Positions 1 through 10,043 of a stretch of DNA of 61,465 nucleotides are shown piece by piece (positions within the stretch are counted from its first letter, which is position 1; every line of letters starts with the position of its first letter). Made by a program: the position numbers and the translations under genes. Under the pieces are notes generated by a model. It made no database searches, was not told the origin of the DNA, and saw nothing but the letters and a program-made list of their open reading frames with translations. The DNA comes from Casimicrobiaceae bacterium (GTDB lineage: Bacteria > Pseudomonadota > Gammaproteobacteria > Burkholderiales > Casimicrobiaceae), in contig JBGAIS010000001.1 of assembly GCA_044225355.1 (NCBI GenBank), forward strand, positions 1-61,465, in the 5' to 3' direction.

Positions 1-140
1 CTGGCCGCCGGTGCGCTTCCATCCCTTGACCGTGGTGCCGGCGTCGAGCATGGCGGCCTCGGCGGGATTGGCGGTGAGGAAATAGTGGCGCAGCGACGCG
101 TTGTAGAACTCGATCGCAGTGGCGAGGCCCGCGTGGGCGG
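1..140. repeat. Exact direct repeat, copy 1 (at least 140 bp, truncated by the window edge)
   Basis: Base-by-base identical to 3524-3663. Confidence 0.95.
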
Positions 141-189
141 GAGAAGCGGCGAGCGCGAGGAGCGCGAGAGCCGCGCGGCGAAGCGTCAT
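1..189 (-). CDS. 5' part of a secreted protein with the same N-terminal domain as the DUF1800 gene (runs off the window; possibly a second DUF1800 paralog)
   Basis: ATG at 189 overlaps the DUF1501 stop (ATGA). It reads MTLRRAALALLALAASPAHA-GLATAIEFYNASLRHYFLTANPAEAAMLDAG, and nt 1-140 are identical to 3524-3663. Confidence 0.85.
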   Translation of the reverse strand, partial: MTLRRAALALLALAASPAHAGLATAIEFYNASLRHYFLTANPAEAAMLDAGTTVKGWKRTGGQ

Positions 190-1577
190 GCCATGAACCC
201 GAGATTGGTGCCGGAGAAGGCGCCGATGTTGGGAAACACGTAAGGCAGGTCGCCCTCTGCAATACCGAACCACCTGCAAAGCGTGGCGCCGTATTGCTCG
301 ATGGACGTCGAGGGGATCCAGCGGCCGGCGTCGCCCAGGTCGTCGGGACCGTTCAGCGCCTTGTTGGGCACCGTGCCGTAGAAGTCACCGCCCTTCACCG
401 CGCCGCCCATCGCGAACGCGTAGTTGCCCCATCCGTGGTCGGTACCCTGGTTGCTCGCGGGCTTGAGCGTGCGGCCGAACTCGGAGAGCGTGAACACGGT
501 GACGCTGTTGCCGAGGCCCATCGCGTCCATCGCATCCTGGAACGCCTTCATGCTCTTCGACAGGTCGCCGAGCAGGATGGCCTGGATCGTCGGCTGCGCG
601 CCATGCGTGTCGTAGCCCCACTGGTGCGCGTAGAACACCTGCCGCCGCATTTTCGTCTGCGCGCGACCCTCGATCAGCGTCGCGATCGTGCGAAGCTGCC
701 GGCTGATGTCGGTATCCATGCTCCCGAAAAGCGGCGTGACGACGGAAGCCGCGTTCTGCAGGATGGGCGATACCACCGACGACGCGGACATGCCCTCCTG
801 CGCGTAGAGCTGCGCGGCGATGTCGTACAGGTTCGCCTGCTCCTGCTGCAGCATCTCGCGCAGCGCGGCGTCGCGGAGCACGTCGTACTGGTAATAATCG
901 TTGCCGCTGCTAGCGAGCGCGAAGAAGGGGTTGCTGGGCACGGTCAGCGGAACGGACGTGCGGCCGCTCGCGAAAGTGCGCAGCCCCATCACGGACACGA
1001 GCGGCGGGAAAAGCGTGCCGGGGTTGGCCGCCTCGAGCCTGTCGGCCATCCGGCCGCCCCAGCCCAGGCGCTCCGCGCCGGTGTACACCGCGCTCTGCAC
1101 CGCGAGCTCCTGGTCGCTGTGCGAGAAGAGGTTGGCGGGCCGCGGCATGCTGCCGCTCTCGAGTCCGGACCGGTTCGAGGGCTGCACGAGCATGCCGACG
1201 TTCGAGACGACCGCGAGCTTCTTCTGGTTGAAGAGATCCTGGAACGGCGCGCACGCGGGATGGAACCCGTACGCGGGGCCGCCGCGTGCCGGCTGGATGG
1301 GCAGCAGCTGTGCTTGGGCGATGTTGAGGCCGGAGTCCGCCGTGCGGACCGCGGCATAGTCCTTGTAGCCCTGCGTGTCGTTGCGGACGAGGGTGTTCTC
1401 GCCGTCGTTTCCGCCCTGCATGTACACGCACACGAGCGCCCGGTAGTCCGAGGCGGACTGCGCGAGCGCGGCGTTGCGCTCCACCGCGGCCAGGAGGCCG
1501 CTCGCGGCCGCGAATTTGAGGAAGCGGCGACGCGACGTCGAAGGCAAGCTTGTCGCCCGCTTGGCGAGCGCGCTCAT
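186..1577 (-). CDS. DUF1501 family protein with Tat signal
   Basis: SRRRFLK twin-arginine leader; YRALVCVYMQGGNDG, LFSHSDQ, GYDTH, SEFGRT, GTDHGWG motifs. The start ATG overlaps the DUF1800 stop. Confidence 0.9.
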   Translation of the reverse strand: MSALAKRATSLPSTSRRRFLKFAAASGLLAAVERNAALAQSASDYRALVCVYMQGGNDGENTLVRNDTQGYKDYAAVRTADSGLNIAQAQLLPIQPARGGPAYGFHPACAPFQDLFNQKKLAVVSNVGMLVQPSNRSGLESGSMPRPANLFSHSDQELAVQSAVYTGAERLGWGGRMADRLEAANPGTLFPPLVSVMGLRTFASGRTSVPLTVPSNPFFALASSGNDYYQYDVLRDAALREMLQQEQANLYDIAAQLYAQEGMSASSVVSPILQNAASVVTPLFGSMDTDISRQLRTIATLIEGRAQTKMRRQVFYAHQWGYDTHGAQPTIQAILLGDLSKSMKAFQDAMDAMGLGNSVTVFTLSEFGRTLKPASNQGTDHGWGNYAFAMGGAVKGGDFYGTVPNKALNGPDDLGDAGRWIPSTSIEQYGATLCRWFGIAEGDLPYVFPNIGAFSGTNLGFMA

Positions 1578-3721
1578 TTCTGCACCTGGTAGTCGATGGA
1601 GACGAGGATGAGATTGAGGGCCATCTTCACGCGCCGCAGAGGATTGCCCGCGTCGATCTTGCCCACGGTGTTGACGATCGTCTTGCGCGCGGCCGGCGAC
1701 ATCGTGCCGTGCAGGAAGAGCCTGTTCAGGCGCTCGACGAGCACGTCCGGCTTGGCCGCGTCCGCGAGGAACGCCGCGAGCGGCGGGCTCGGCGTGCCGA
1801 TCGCATCGGGCACGTATCCGAGGGGTCCCCATCCCCATATCGGGTGCTGCGACCACGACTGGTCGACGTTGTAGAGGAGGTCGTTGACCTGGTTGGCGCG
1901 ATAGAGGTACTCGGCGGACGTGTATATCGCGAACTCCGGGGCCGGGATGCTGCCGCCGGCGAGCGTGTAGTCGGCCGGATAGTAGTTGAAGACGGTCTGC
2001 GACTGGAAGAGCTGCTGGCTGCTTTGCCAGCCCTGGCTGTACGGCTGCATGCCGTCGGTGGTGACGTCGAGCGCGCGCAGCATCGCGGTCCAGAAAAGCG
2101 CGGGCTCCCGCATGCGGCCGTATTCGGGATCGATCTTGCGCGATCCGCGGGCCTCCGGGTCGAGCAGGATGGCGCGCGTCACCGCCGCGAGGTTGCCCCG
2201 CGTGCCGTGGCCGTCGTTCTTGAACACGGCGACCACGCGCGAGATGTACGCGGGCGACGGCGAGCTCGTGACGGTCTTCTGGATGAGCTGCCGCACGATG
2301 AAGGGCGGCGTGTTCGAGTGGTTGACGAGCGCGCGCAGCGCGTCGCGCACCTCGTTGGCCGCGCGCCCACCGGGGAAGAAGGCGATGCGCCCGCCGAGCG
2401 CGTTCTTGGCCTCGCTGTCGTGGTACTGGTCGAACGGGATCATGTCGCCGAGGTAGTACTGCCTGTTGCCCCAGAAATCGGGCGTGGCGCCGGGACGCGT
2501 CGGGAAGGTGTACCCCGTGAGGATGCGCGCGAGCGCCTCGATGTCGGACTGGCCGTACGTGGGCACGGGGAGTCCGTTGCCGCCGATCCACACCGAGCCG
2601 TCGTCGTTCAGCATCGACACGCCGATGGTGAACAGCTGCATCAGCTCGCGCGCGAAATTCTCGTTGGGCTTGATGCCGTTGCGCTCCGGCACGTTGTAGA
2701 CCCACGTCTGGTACTGCCCGAGCTGCGGCGACAGCGCGTACTTCGTGAGGAGACTCTCGAACGTGCCGAGCGCGCCGTCGCGCAGCCGCTGCTGGAATTC
2801 GGCGTTCGCGTACGTCTCGAACGCGCCCCCGTTGGAGGAGTGCACGAAGATCTGGTGCCACGCGTGCGCCATGCGCATGCGCACCTGGTCGGGTGCCGTC
2901 CTCGATTGGCGGAAGAACTCCCAGCCGATGGGGCTCGCGCTCTGCTTCAGCGTTCCGCAGTATTTCTCCTGCGTGAGCGGCAGGGTCTGGTCGTCGACGC
3001 ACTTCGTGTTGTCCATCGGCGGGTCCCAGAACGGATACTGCGTATACCGCGTGACGTTCATGGGGAGCTGCTCGTCGAGCCACGCCTCGATGCCCTTGGC
3101 CTTGACCTCGGCCACCAGCGCCTCGGTGGGTCCGAGGGTCGCCTGCTCGAGGAAGCGCACGACGTCGGCCTCGCGTTCCTCGTCGGTCACCGGCGCGCAC
3201 ATCACGATGCCTTCGAGGACGTCGCCGCGGCGCTGCGGCATGCGCACGTGCGCGGTGAGGTCCTGCGTGAACCGGTGATTGGCGTCGGAGATGTTGTCGC
3301 TGTAGTAGCTCCTGTACACCGGCCAGTTGCCGCCGCAACTTCCATTGGCGGGCATCGGGATGTAGAACGACACCTCCTCGAACGTCCACGCGGGCAGCGT
3401 CTTCACCTTCGCGCATTCGGCGGCGTCCGCCGTGTAGAAATGCGAATTGGGTCCGACGTTGGGCGTTCCGAAGAAGCGGCACACGGCCGAGAGTCCTTCG
3501 GCGGGCTCGGTAAAGACGGTGAACTGGCCGCCGGTGCGCTTCCATCCCTTGACCGTGGTGCCGGCGTCGAGCATGGCGGCCTCGGCGGGATTGGCGGTGA
3601 GGAAATAGTGGCGCAGCGACGCGTTGTAGAACTCGATCGCAGTGGCGAGGCCCGCGTGGGCGGAGCCAGCGGCGAGCAGCACAGCGATCGCGACCAGCGC
3701 GCGAACGGTCTTCGTATGCAC
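1574..3721 (-). CDS. DUF1800 family protein with signal peptide and Cys/His-containing N-terminal accessory domain (DUF5648-like)
   Basis: RFLEQATLGPT, DQVRMRMA, PNENFARELMQLFTIG, HSNTPPF and FNYYPADY motifs. GTG start follows a GGGGAG RBS. Confidence 0.88.
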   Translation of the reverse strand: MHTKTVRALVAIAVLLAAGSAHAGLATAIEFYNASLRHYFLTANPAEAAMLDAGTTVKGWKRTGGQFTVFTEPAEGLSAVCRFFGTPNVGPNSHFYTADAAECAKVKTLPAWTFEEVSFYIPMPANGSCGGNWPVYRSYYSDNISDANHRFTQDLTAHVRMPQRRGDVLEGIVMCAPVTDEEREADVVRFLEQATLGPTEALVAEVKAKGIEAWLDEQLPMNVTRYTQYPFWDPPMDNTKCVDDQTLPLTQEKYCGTLKQSASPIGWEFFRQSRTAPDQVRMRMAHAWHQIFVHSSNGGAFETYANAEFQQRLRDGALGTFESLLTKYALSPQLGQYQTWVYNVPERNGIKPNENFARELMQLFTIGVSMLNDDGSVWIGGNGLPVPTYGQSDIEALARILTGYTFPTRPGATPDFWGNRQYYLGDMIPFDQYHDSEAKNALGGRIAFFPGGRAANEVRDALRALVNHSNTPPFIVRQLIQKTVTSSPSPAYISRVVAVFKNDGHGTRGNLAAVTRAILLDPEARGSRKIDPEYGRMREPALFWTAMLRALDVTTDGMQPYSQGWQSSQQLFQSQTVFNYYPADYTLAGGSIPAPEFAIYTSAEYLYRANQVNDLLYNVDQSWSQHPIWGWGPLGYVPDAIGTPSPPLAAFLADAAKPDVLVERLNRLFLHGTMSPAARKTIVNTVGKIDAGNPLRRVKMALNLILVSIDYQVQK
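3524..3663. repeat. Exact direct repeat, copy 2
   Basis: Identical to 1-140. Identity stops at the signal-peptide cleavage region. Confidence 0.95.
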
Positions 3722-3857
3722 GAGCTCCCCCGAGATTGCTGTTGGCGCGTTGCATCGTTCGTGCGAAGCGCCTGGGGATATTAATACTCGCGTTTTCCCT
3801 CGGCAAGGCGAATATTCGGGAGCGCGCCATGGCTTACAATTTCGCTCGGGATACCGC

Positions 3858-5620
3858 ATGGATATCGGGATGAATGCACACGGGCCGGGGCGGCTTCTTG
3901 CGGCCTTGCTGCTCGCGCTCGCGGTGCCGGCGGCGTCCCTGGCGCAATCGCGGCCGCAGGCGCCCGAATCCCCGAGCGGGTGGAGCGACAAGGCGGCGGT
4001 CAGCGCGCGCCACTGGATGGTGGCGGCGGCCAATCCGCTCGCGGTCGACGCGGGGTATGCCGTGCTGGCCCAGGGTGGCAGCGCCGTCGACGCGGCCATC
4101 GCCGTGCAACTCGTCCTGGGCCTCGTCGAGCCGCAGTCGTCGGGCCTGGGAGGCGGCGGCTTCATGCTGGTGCACGACGGCCGCGCAGCGAAGCTCGTCG
4201 CCTACGACGGCCGCGAGACGGCACCGGCGGCCGCGCGCCCGGACCGCTTCCTGGTGGACGGCAAGCCGATGCGCTTCTACGAGGCGGTCATCGGCGGACG
4301 GTCCGTCGGCGTGCCCGGCGCGGTGCGGCTCCTCGAGGCCGCGCACAAGCGACACGGGCGACTGCCGTGGGCGCGCCTCTTCGAGCCCGCCATCGCGCTG
4401 GCCGAGCACGGCTTCGCGATGTCGCCGCGGCTTCATCAGCTCGCGGGCGGCGAGCGCCACATCACGCAGCCCAGGCTCCGCGCGTACCTGTATGCCGCGG
4501 ACGGCAAGGCGCTGCCCGTGGGGACCACGCTTCGCAACCCCGCCTATGCGAAGACGCTGCGCGCGATCGCCCGCGGCGGCGCCGACGCGTTCTACGCGGG
4601 CACGATCGCCGCCGACATCGTCGACACAGTCTCGACGCATGCAAGCAATCCCGGCGACATGACGCTCAGGGATCTTGCGAGTTACAAAGTAGTCGTGCGC
4701 GAGCCGGTGTGCGACACGTATCGCTCGTATCGCGTGTGCGGCGCGCCGCTGCCGTCGTCCGGCGGGACGACCGTCTTGCAGATGCTCAAGATGCTCGAGC
4801 CGTTCGACATGCAGGCGATGGGTCCGGCGACGTTCTGGAGCGTGCACTTCATGAGCGAGGCGGGGCGCCTCGCGTTTGCCGATCGCGATGCCTACGAGGC
4901 CGATCCCGCATACTCGACGCCGCCGACCGGGCTCCTCGACGGCGCGTACCTGCGCTCGCGCTCGGCGCTCATCCGCGCGGACTCGAGCGTCGGCCGCGCG
5001 CAGGCCGGCGTGCCTCCGGACGTCGCGCCCGCGAAGGCGGCGCGCGCGCCCGGCGCGTCGCTCGATCTTCCTTCCACCACGCACATCTCGGTGGTCGATC
5101 GCTTCGGCAACGCGGTCGCGATGACGATGTCCATCGAGGACCAGTTCGGAAGCCGCTTGATGACGGCGGGCGGCTTCATCCTCAACAACGAGCTCACCGA
5201 TTTCTCGTTCGTGCCGGACGTCGACGGCGTGCCGGTGGCCAATCGCGTCGAGGGCGGCAAGCGACCGCGATCGTCGATGTCGCCGACCATCGCGTACGAT
5301 TCGGCGGGCCGCGTGGCGATCGTCACGGGATCGCCGGGCGGAAGCGCCATCATCAACTACGTCGCGAAGACCCTCGTTGATCATCGACTGGAATCTCGAC
5401 CCGCAGGCCGCGGGCGCGTTGCCCAACTTCGGAAGTCGCAACGGCCCGACCGAGCTCGAGGCCGACACCGAAGTGGCGGCGCTCGCGCGCCAAGCTGCGC
5501 GCGCTCGGTGTCGGCGTCGCGACGCCGAGCTCACGAGCGGCATGGCGACCATCGTGCGCACGAAGGACGGCTGGATGGGCGGCGTCGACCCGCGGCGCGA
5601 AGGTGTTGCGGGGACGATGA
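3858..5620 (+). CDS. ggt: Gamma-glutamyltransferase (frameshifts near 5377 and at the 3' end)
   Basis: MVAAANPLA, EPQSSGLGGGGF, YDGRETAP, STTHISVVD (Thr nucleophile), KRPRSSMSPT, GSPGGS. The C-terminal GGVDPRREG is in another frame. Confidence 0.9.
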
Positions 5621-6189
5621 CACCCGTTCCCATCCAGCGGCTGCGCGCGACGGCGCGCGAGGCGTACCTCGCGCATCTCCTCGAGCTTTCGCCGGACGAT
5701 GCCCGCCTGCGATTCGGCGCTTCGCTCCCGCGCGACGCCATCGCGGCCTACGCATCGCGCGTCGACTTCGAGCGTGACGCGGTGTTCGGCGTGCGCCGAT
5801 ACGCTCGACCTCGTGGGTGTGGCCCATCTCGCGCTCGCGGGCGATGCCGCGGAGCTGGGGCTCTCGGTGCTTCCCGGCGCGCGCCGCCACGGCATCGGCC
5901 GCGCGCTCATCGCCCGCGCCGCGGAGCATGCGCGCAATCGCTTCTGCCGCGCCTCTTCATGCATTGCCTCGCCGAGAACGCCGCGATGATCCGGCTCGCG
6001 CGGCACGCCGGCATGGACGTCGTCGTCGAGTCCGGCGATGCCGACGCTCACGTTGCGCTGTCGCCCGCCAACGCGCTCTCGGTGACGAGCGAGATGCTGG
6101 CGGATCGCGTGGCGCTCTTCGACTATGCGCTCAAGAGCAATGTCGAGACGTGGCGGCGCGTCGGTGTCGCCATGGCGAGGCCCGCGTGA
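5618..6189 (+). CDS. GNAT family N-acetyltransferase (frameshifted)
   Basis: HLLELSPDDARLRFG, AELGLSVLPGARRHGIGRAL (acetyl-CoA loop, shifted frame), MHCLAENAAMIRLA. Confidence 0.8.
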
Positions 6190-6524
6190 AGCGCCGCGCG
6201 CTCCTGCTCCTCGCGGCGATGTCGTTCGCGACCTGCGCGCAGGAGACGCCGCCGCCGCGCAGCTCGGCGTTCGACAAGGTCGCCGCGGAGCGACTGCGCG
6301 ATACCCCCGTGTACATCGAGCGACTCGTGATCGAGGGTCGTGATCCCGACGCCGCGCGCCGCAAGGCGAAGCCGCTGGAGGCGCGCTTCGCGGATTCGCT
6401 CAACGCGCCTCCCGCCGCCGGCGCGGTGGGACTTCGCCCGCTGGATACGAAGCCCTGCATGTCGATGCCCTCCACGTGGAACCCGATCGGGAACTCCTAT
6501 GCCCCCCTCACCGGCTGCCCGTGA
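6186..6524 (+). CDS. Small exported hypothetical protein
   Basis: GTG overlaps the GNAT stop; signal-like KRRALLLLAAMSFATCA; two further Cys near the C-terminus. Confidence 0.55.
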   Translation: MKRRALLLLAAMSFATCAQETPPPRSSAFDKVAAERLRDTPVYIERLVIEGRDPDAARRKAKPLEARFADSLNAPPAAGAVGLRPLDTKPCMSMPSTWNPIGNSYAPLTGCP

Positions 6525-7720
6525 CCCGCATCGCATCGTGATCGTCGGGGGCGGCGCCGGCGGCCTGCCGCTCGCGACGAAGCTGGGCGATCGCTACGGG
6601 CGCGGCAAGGACGTGCAGGTCACGCTCGTGGACCGCAACGCCACCCACGTGTGGAAGCCGCTGCTGCACGAGGTGGCTGCGGGTCGCATGGACGCCGACG
6701 CCCATGCCCTCGACTACCTGGCCATCGCGCACTGGCATCACTTCCGGTTCAGGCAGGGCGCCATCAGCGGACTCGATCGCGCGAAGCGCGAGATCACCCT
6801 CGACGCCGTGTCGGGGCCCGAGGGCGAGGAAGTGTTGCCGGTGCGCACGCTTGCCTACGACACGCTGATCCTGTGCCTCGGCAGCGTCAGCAACGATTTC
6901 GGCGTCCCGGGTGCCAACCTGCATCCCATCTCGCTCGACACGCTCGCCGACGCAGAGCGGTTCCATCGAAGGCTCCTCGCCGCGAGCGTCCGCGCCGACG
7001 GCCGCGCGGCGTCCGGGCACCCGTCGCAGGTGAACATCGTCATCATCGGCGCGGGCGCGACGGGTGTCGAGCTGGCGGCCGAGATAAGGCAGACGACCCG
7101 CGCGCATGCCGCGTACGGCCTCGACCATCTCGACTCCGTGCGCGACATCCGCATCGCCGTGCTGGAGGGGTTCTCGCGCGTGCTGCCGGCGCTGAGCGAG
7201 CACGTCGCGAGCGCCGCCACGGAGCTCCTGCGAAAGCTCGACGTCGAGGTGCACACGGGCCAGCGCGTCACGGAGATCGACGCGGACGGCGTGAGCACGG
7301 CGAGCGGCCGCTTCTTCCCGGCGGACCTCACGGTGTGGGCGGCGGGCATCATGGCGCCGGAAGTTCAACGGCGCCTGGACGGCCTCGACGTGAATCGCGC
7401 GAACCAGCTCGTCGTGGGGCCGACGCGCGACGCTCCTCGCGAAGTCGATCAAGGCGAAGCTCGCGGGCAAGCCGCTGCCGGAGTTTCGCTTCCACGACAT
7501 GGGCTCGCTCGTGTCGCTCGGCGAACTCTCCGCGGTCGGCACGCTCATGGGCCGGCTCATCGGCGGGAGCCTCCTCATCCAAGGCATCATCGCGCGGCTC
7601 ATGTACACGTCCTTGTACAAGATGCACCAGGTGTCGATCCACGGGCTGTTCCGAGTCGCCTTCGACACGATCGGCCGCGTGCTCCGCGAGCGGCTCGAGC
7701 CGCGCGTCAAGCTGCACTAG
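6499..7720 (+). CDS. ndh: Type II NADH dehydrogenase with internal deletion and frameshift near 7425
   Basis: IVIVGGGAGG, WKPLLHEVAAG, IIGAGATGVELAAE, VWAAGI. C-terminus GSLVSLG...YTSLYKMHQ...PRVKLH is in another frame. Confidence 0.85.
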
Positions 7721-7819
7721 CGCCATGCCACGCGAGCGCTTGAATTCCATCGAGTCGCGATGCAACCCGGGCCCCGCGCGGGTGACGAGTCCTGCGCGAA
7801 GCGCAGGCGAGGACCACCG

Positions 7820-8416
7820 ATGAGCGCCGATCTCTTCTCCGCTTCCGTGCTCCTGCTGCTCGTGCTCGATCCGTTCGGCAACCTGCCGCTCGTGGTCTCG
7901 GGACTGTCGCAGGTGCCAAGGCAGCGTCGCTCGCCGGTGGTGCTTCGCGAGTGCCTCTTCGCGTTCATGATCCTGCTCGCGTTCATGGCCGGCGGGCGCA
8001 CGTTCATGGAATGGCTTCAGCTGTCCGACGTGTCGCTTGCGATCGCGGGTGGCATCATCCTCTTCCTCATCTCGCTGCGCATGGTGTTCCCGCACCGCGA
8101 CGGTATCTTCGGCGAGATCGTGGGCGAGCCCTTCCTCGTTCCGCTCGCGGTGCCGTCCATCGCGGGGCCTTCGGCCATCGCCACCGTGATGCTCATGGCG
8201 TCGCGCGATCCCGCGCACCTGTGGACGTGGGTGCTGGCGCTCACCATCGCGATGGCCATCACCACCATCGTGCTCCTGGCCGCGCCTCGGTTGCAGTCGG
8301 TGCTGGGCGAGCGCGGGATCGTCGCGTTCGAGCGCCTGATGGGCCTCGTGCTCACGGCCGTCGCGGTGCAGATGCTGCTGAACGGCGTGCGGGCGTTCCT
8401 GCTCGAGCTCAAATGA
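7820..8416 (+). CDS. MarC family membrane protein (YhgN-like)
   Basis: LDPFGNLP, EPFLVPLAVPSIAGPSAIA, FERLMGLVLTAVAVQM. Confidence 0.9.
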   Translation: MSADLFSASVLLLLVLDPFGNLPLVVSGLSQVPRQRRSPVVLRECLFAFMILLAFMAGGRTFMEWLQLSDVSLAIAGGIILFLISLRMVFPHRDGIFGEIVGEPFLVPLAVPSIAGPSAIATVMLMASRDPAHLWTWVLALTIAMAITTIVLLAAPRLQSVLGERGIVAFERLMGLVLTAVAVQMLLNGVRAFLLELK

Positions 8417-8445
8417 AAAAGGCCGGGACGCGCCCGGCCTCTTTC
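8417..8445. terminator. Probable bidirectional intrinsic terminator
   Basis: AAAAGGCCGGG-ACGCG-CCCGGCCTCTTT hairpin between convergent marC and yceI genes. Confidence 0.75.
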
Positions 8446-8464
8446 GCGATGCCCCTTCCGCAGG

Positions 8465-9049
8465 TCAGTCCTTGAGCCCTTCGAACTCGACCAGGAGCGT
8501 GATCTCGTCGCCGATGTTGGGCACGCCGAACTTCATGCCGAAGTCCGATCGCTTGAACTTGCCGTTCGCGTTGCCGCCGCAGCGCTCCTTCGAGTTGGCG
8601 GAAGCGGGCAGGCACTTGAAGCGGTCGATCATGAGGTGCAGCGGCTTCGTCACGCCGAGGAGCGTGAGGTCGCCCTCGACCATGCTGGGGTTGTCGCCGT
8701 TGAAGGTGATCTTGCTCGCCTTGAACGTGGCCTTGGGAAACTCGGCGACGTTGAAGAAGTCGGCCGAGCGCAGGTGCTCGTCGCGCGTGCGCGGACGGCT
8801 GCCTTTGTCGAGGTCGCCCGTGGTGACCGACGCCGTGTCGATCACGATCTCCATCGACCCCGTCTTGGCGGCGCGGTCGATCGTCACCTTACCCGTCGAC
8901 TTGTTGAAATGGCCGTACATCGTCGACACGCCGAGGTGATCGACGGTGAAGTTGGGATACGTGTGGTACGGGTCGAGCGTGTACGACTCCGGAGCCGCTG
9001 CGGCGGCGAGGGGCAGGGCGAGGAGCAGGACAGCGGCGAGCGGCTTCAT
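8465..9049 (-). CDS. YceI family periplasmic protein
   Basis: Signal peptide; YTLDPYHT, RDEHLRSADFFNVAEFP, GDLTLLGVTKP, KRSDFGM. Confidence 0.9.
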   Translation of the reverse strand: MKPLAAVLLLALPLAAAAAPESYTLDPYHTYPNFTVDHLGVSTMYGHFNKSTGKVTIDRAAKTGSMEIVIDTASVTTGDLDKGSRPRTRDEHLRSADFFNVAEFPKATFKASKITFNGDNPSMVEGDLTLLGVTKPLHLMIDRFKCLPASANSKERCGGNANGKFKRSDFGMKFGVPNIGDEITLLVEFEGLKD

Positions 9050-9075
9050 TGCGGGTGAACCTCCGAGTGATTGCG

Positions 9076-9897
9076 TCACGACGACGTGGCGCGCGCCGCG
9101 TACCATGCGGCGGCGATGGGGACGCTGGCGGCTGCCAGCGCGTAAATGCAAAGCACGAAGGCGCGCTTCAACACCCCGGCGTCGGCGCTCACCGGCAAGC
9201 GCACCGCCAACGGGATCAGGAGTAGCGAGGCCGTGGCGTACCAAGGCATCTGCGCGAGCATCGACGCGCCTTCGGCAAAGAGGGCGATCATCACGCCGAC
9301 GGTCAGCGTGCCCAGGAAGCCGGTGGTGGCGGGACGCTTGGTGACCACCGCAGCGTGGAGCAGCGCGCCGGCGGCGGCGGCCACCGCCATGCCGGACAGC
9401 AGGAAGCCGATCGATGCGGACAGCACCGCGGCGACACCGGTGGCGATGCCGAGTCCGAGCGTGGCCGCGCCGCTGCGAAGGGGATCGTCACGCAGGCTCA
9501 TCATCGCGAGCGCCATGAGGCCGGCGAAGATCGCGATGGCCGCGATGCCGGTCCACAGCGCGCTCGCCTCGCGCTGCGCGAGCACGGTCCAGAAGACCCA
9601 CACCGCCGCAGCGCCGCCGACGATGGCCAGCCCGACGGCCACGGCGCGGGCGCGCGGCGCGAACGTGTCGATGGCCATGCCGCCGACGGCCACGACGATC
9701 GCCAGCAGCATCACCTTGCGCGTCGCGGTGAGCGGCGAGAACGCGACGCCCGTCGACATCGCCACGGCCGTGAGGTAGCCGGCCACGATGGCGAGCCACG
9801 CGTACCGCGTGCGCCCGAGGGCCAGCGCGACCACCAGCGCGACGATGAACGGCGCTACGCCGCCCTGGACTGCCGGATGCTCGAGGAATGAGTTCAC
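9076..9897 (-). CDS. Multi-pass membrane hypothetical protein
   Basis: 273-aa ORF with many hydrophobic segments and high-GC3 codon usage. Confidence 0.75.
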   Translation of the reverse strand: MNSFLEHPAVQGGVAPFIVALVVALALGRTRYAWLAIVAGYLTAVAMSTGVAFSPLTATRKVMLLAIVVAVGGMAIDTFAPRARAVAVGLAIVGGAAAVWVFWTVLAQREASALWTGIAAIAIFAGLMALAMMSLRDDPLRSGAATLGLGIATGVAAVLSASIGFLLSGMAVAAAAGALLHAAVVTKRPATTGFLGTLTVGVMIALFAEGASMLAQMPWYATASLLLIPLAVRLPVSADAGVLKRAFVLCIYALAAASVPIAAAWYAARATSS

Positions 9898-10043
9898 GAA
9901 CGTGGCCTTGTTATAGGAATCGTTGGCGCGCGGCGAGCGCGCAGGGAGTCAACAGCGGAGCGGGTCGCTTATTCCGCCGTGCCCCGCCTGGCGCGGCGTC
10001 GCGGGGCATTGTAGCGGAGCGGCGACCCGGCGCTTGAGGGAGG

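Noticed and set aside
186-3830. 1214-aa ORF suggesting a giant protein or DUF1800-DUF1501 fusion
   Set aside because: The upstream about 750 codons are an Arg/Ala-rich shadow frame over DUF1800. The real DUF1501 starts at 1577 with a Tat leader and an ATGA overlap.
5377-6189. Apparent fusion of the GGT C-terminus with a GNAT domain
   Set aside because: Explained by frameshifts at the ggt 3' end. The GNAT has its own ATG at 5618 overlapping a TGA.
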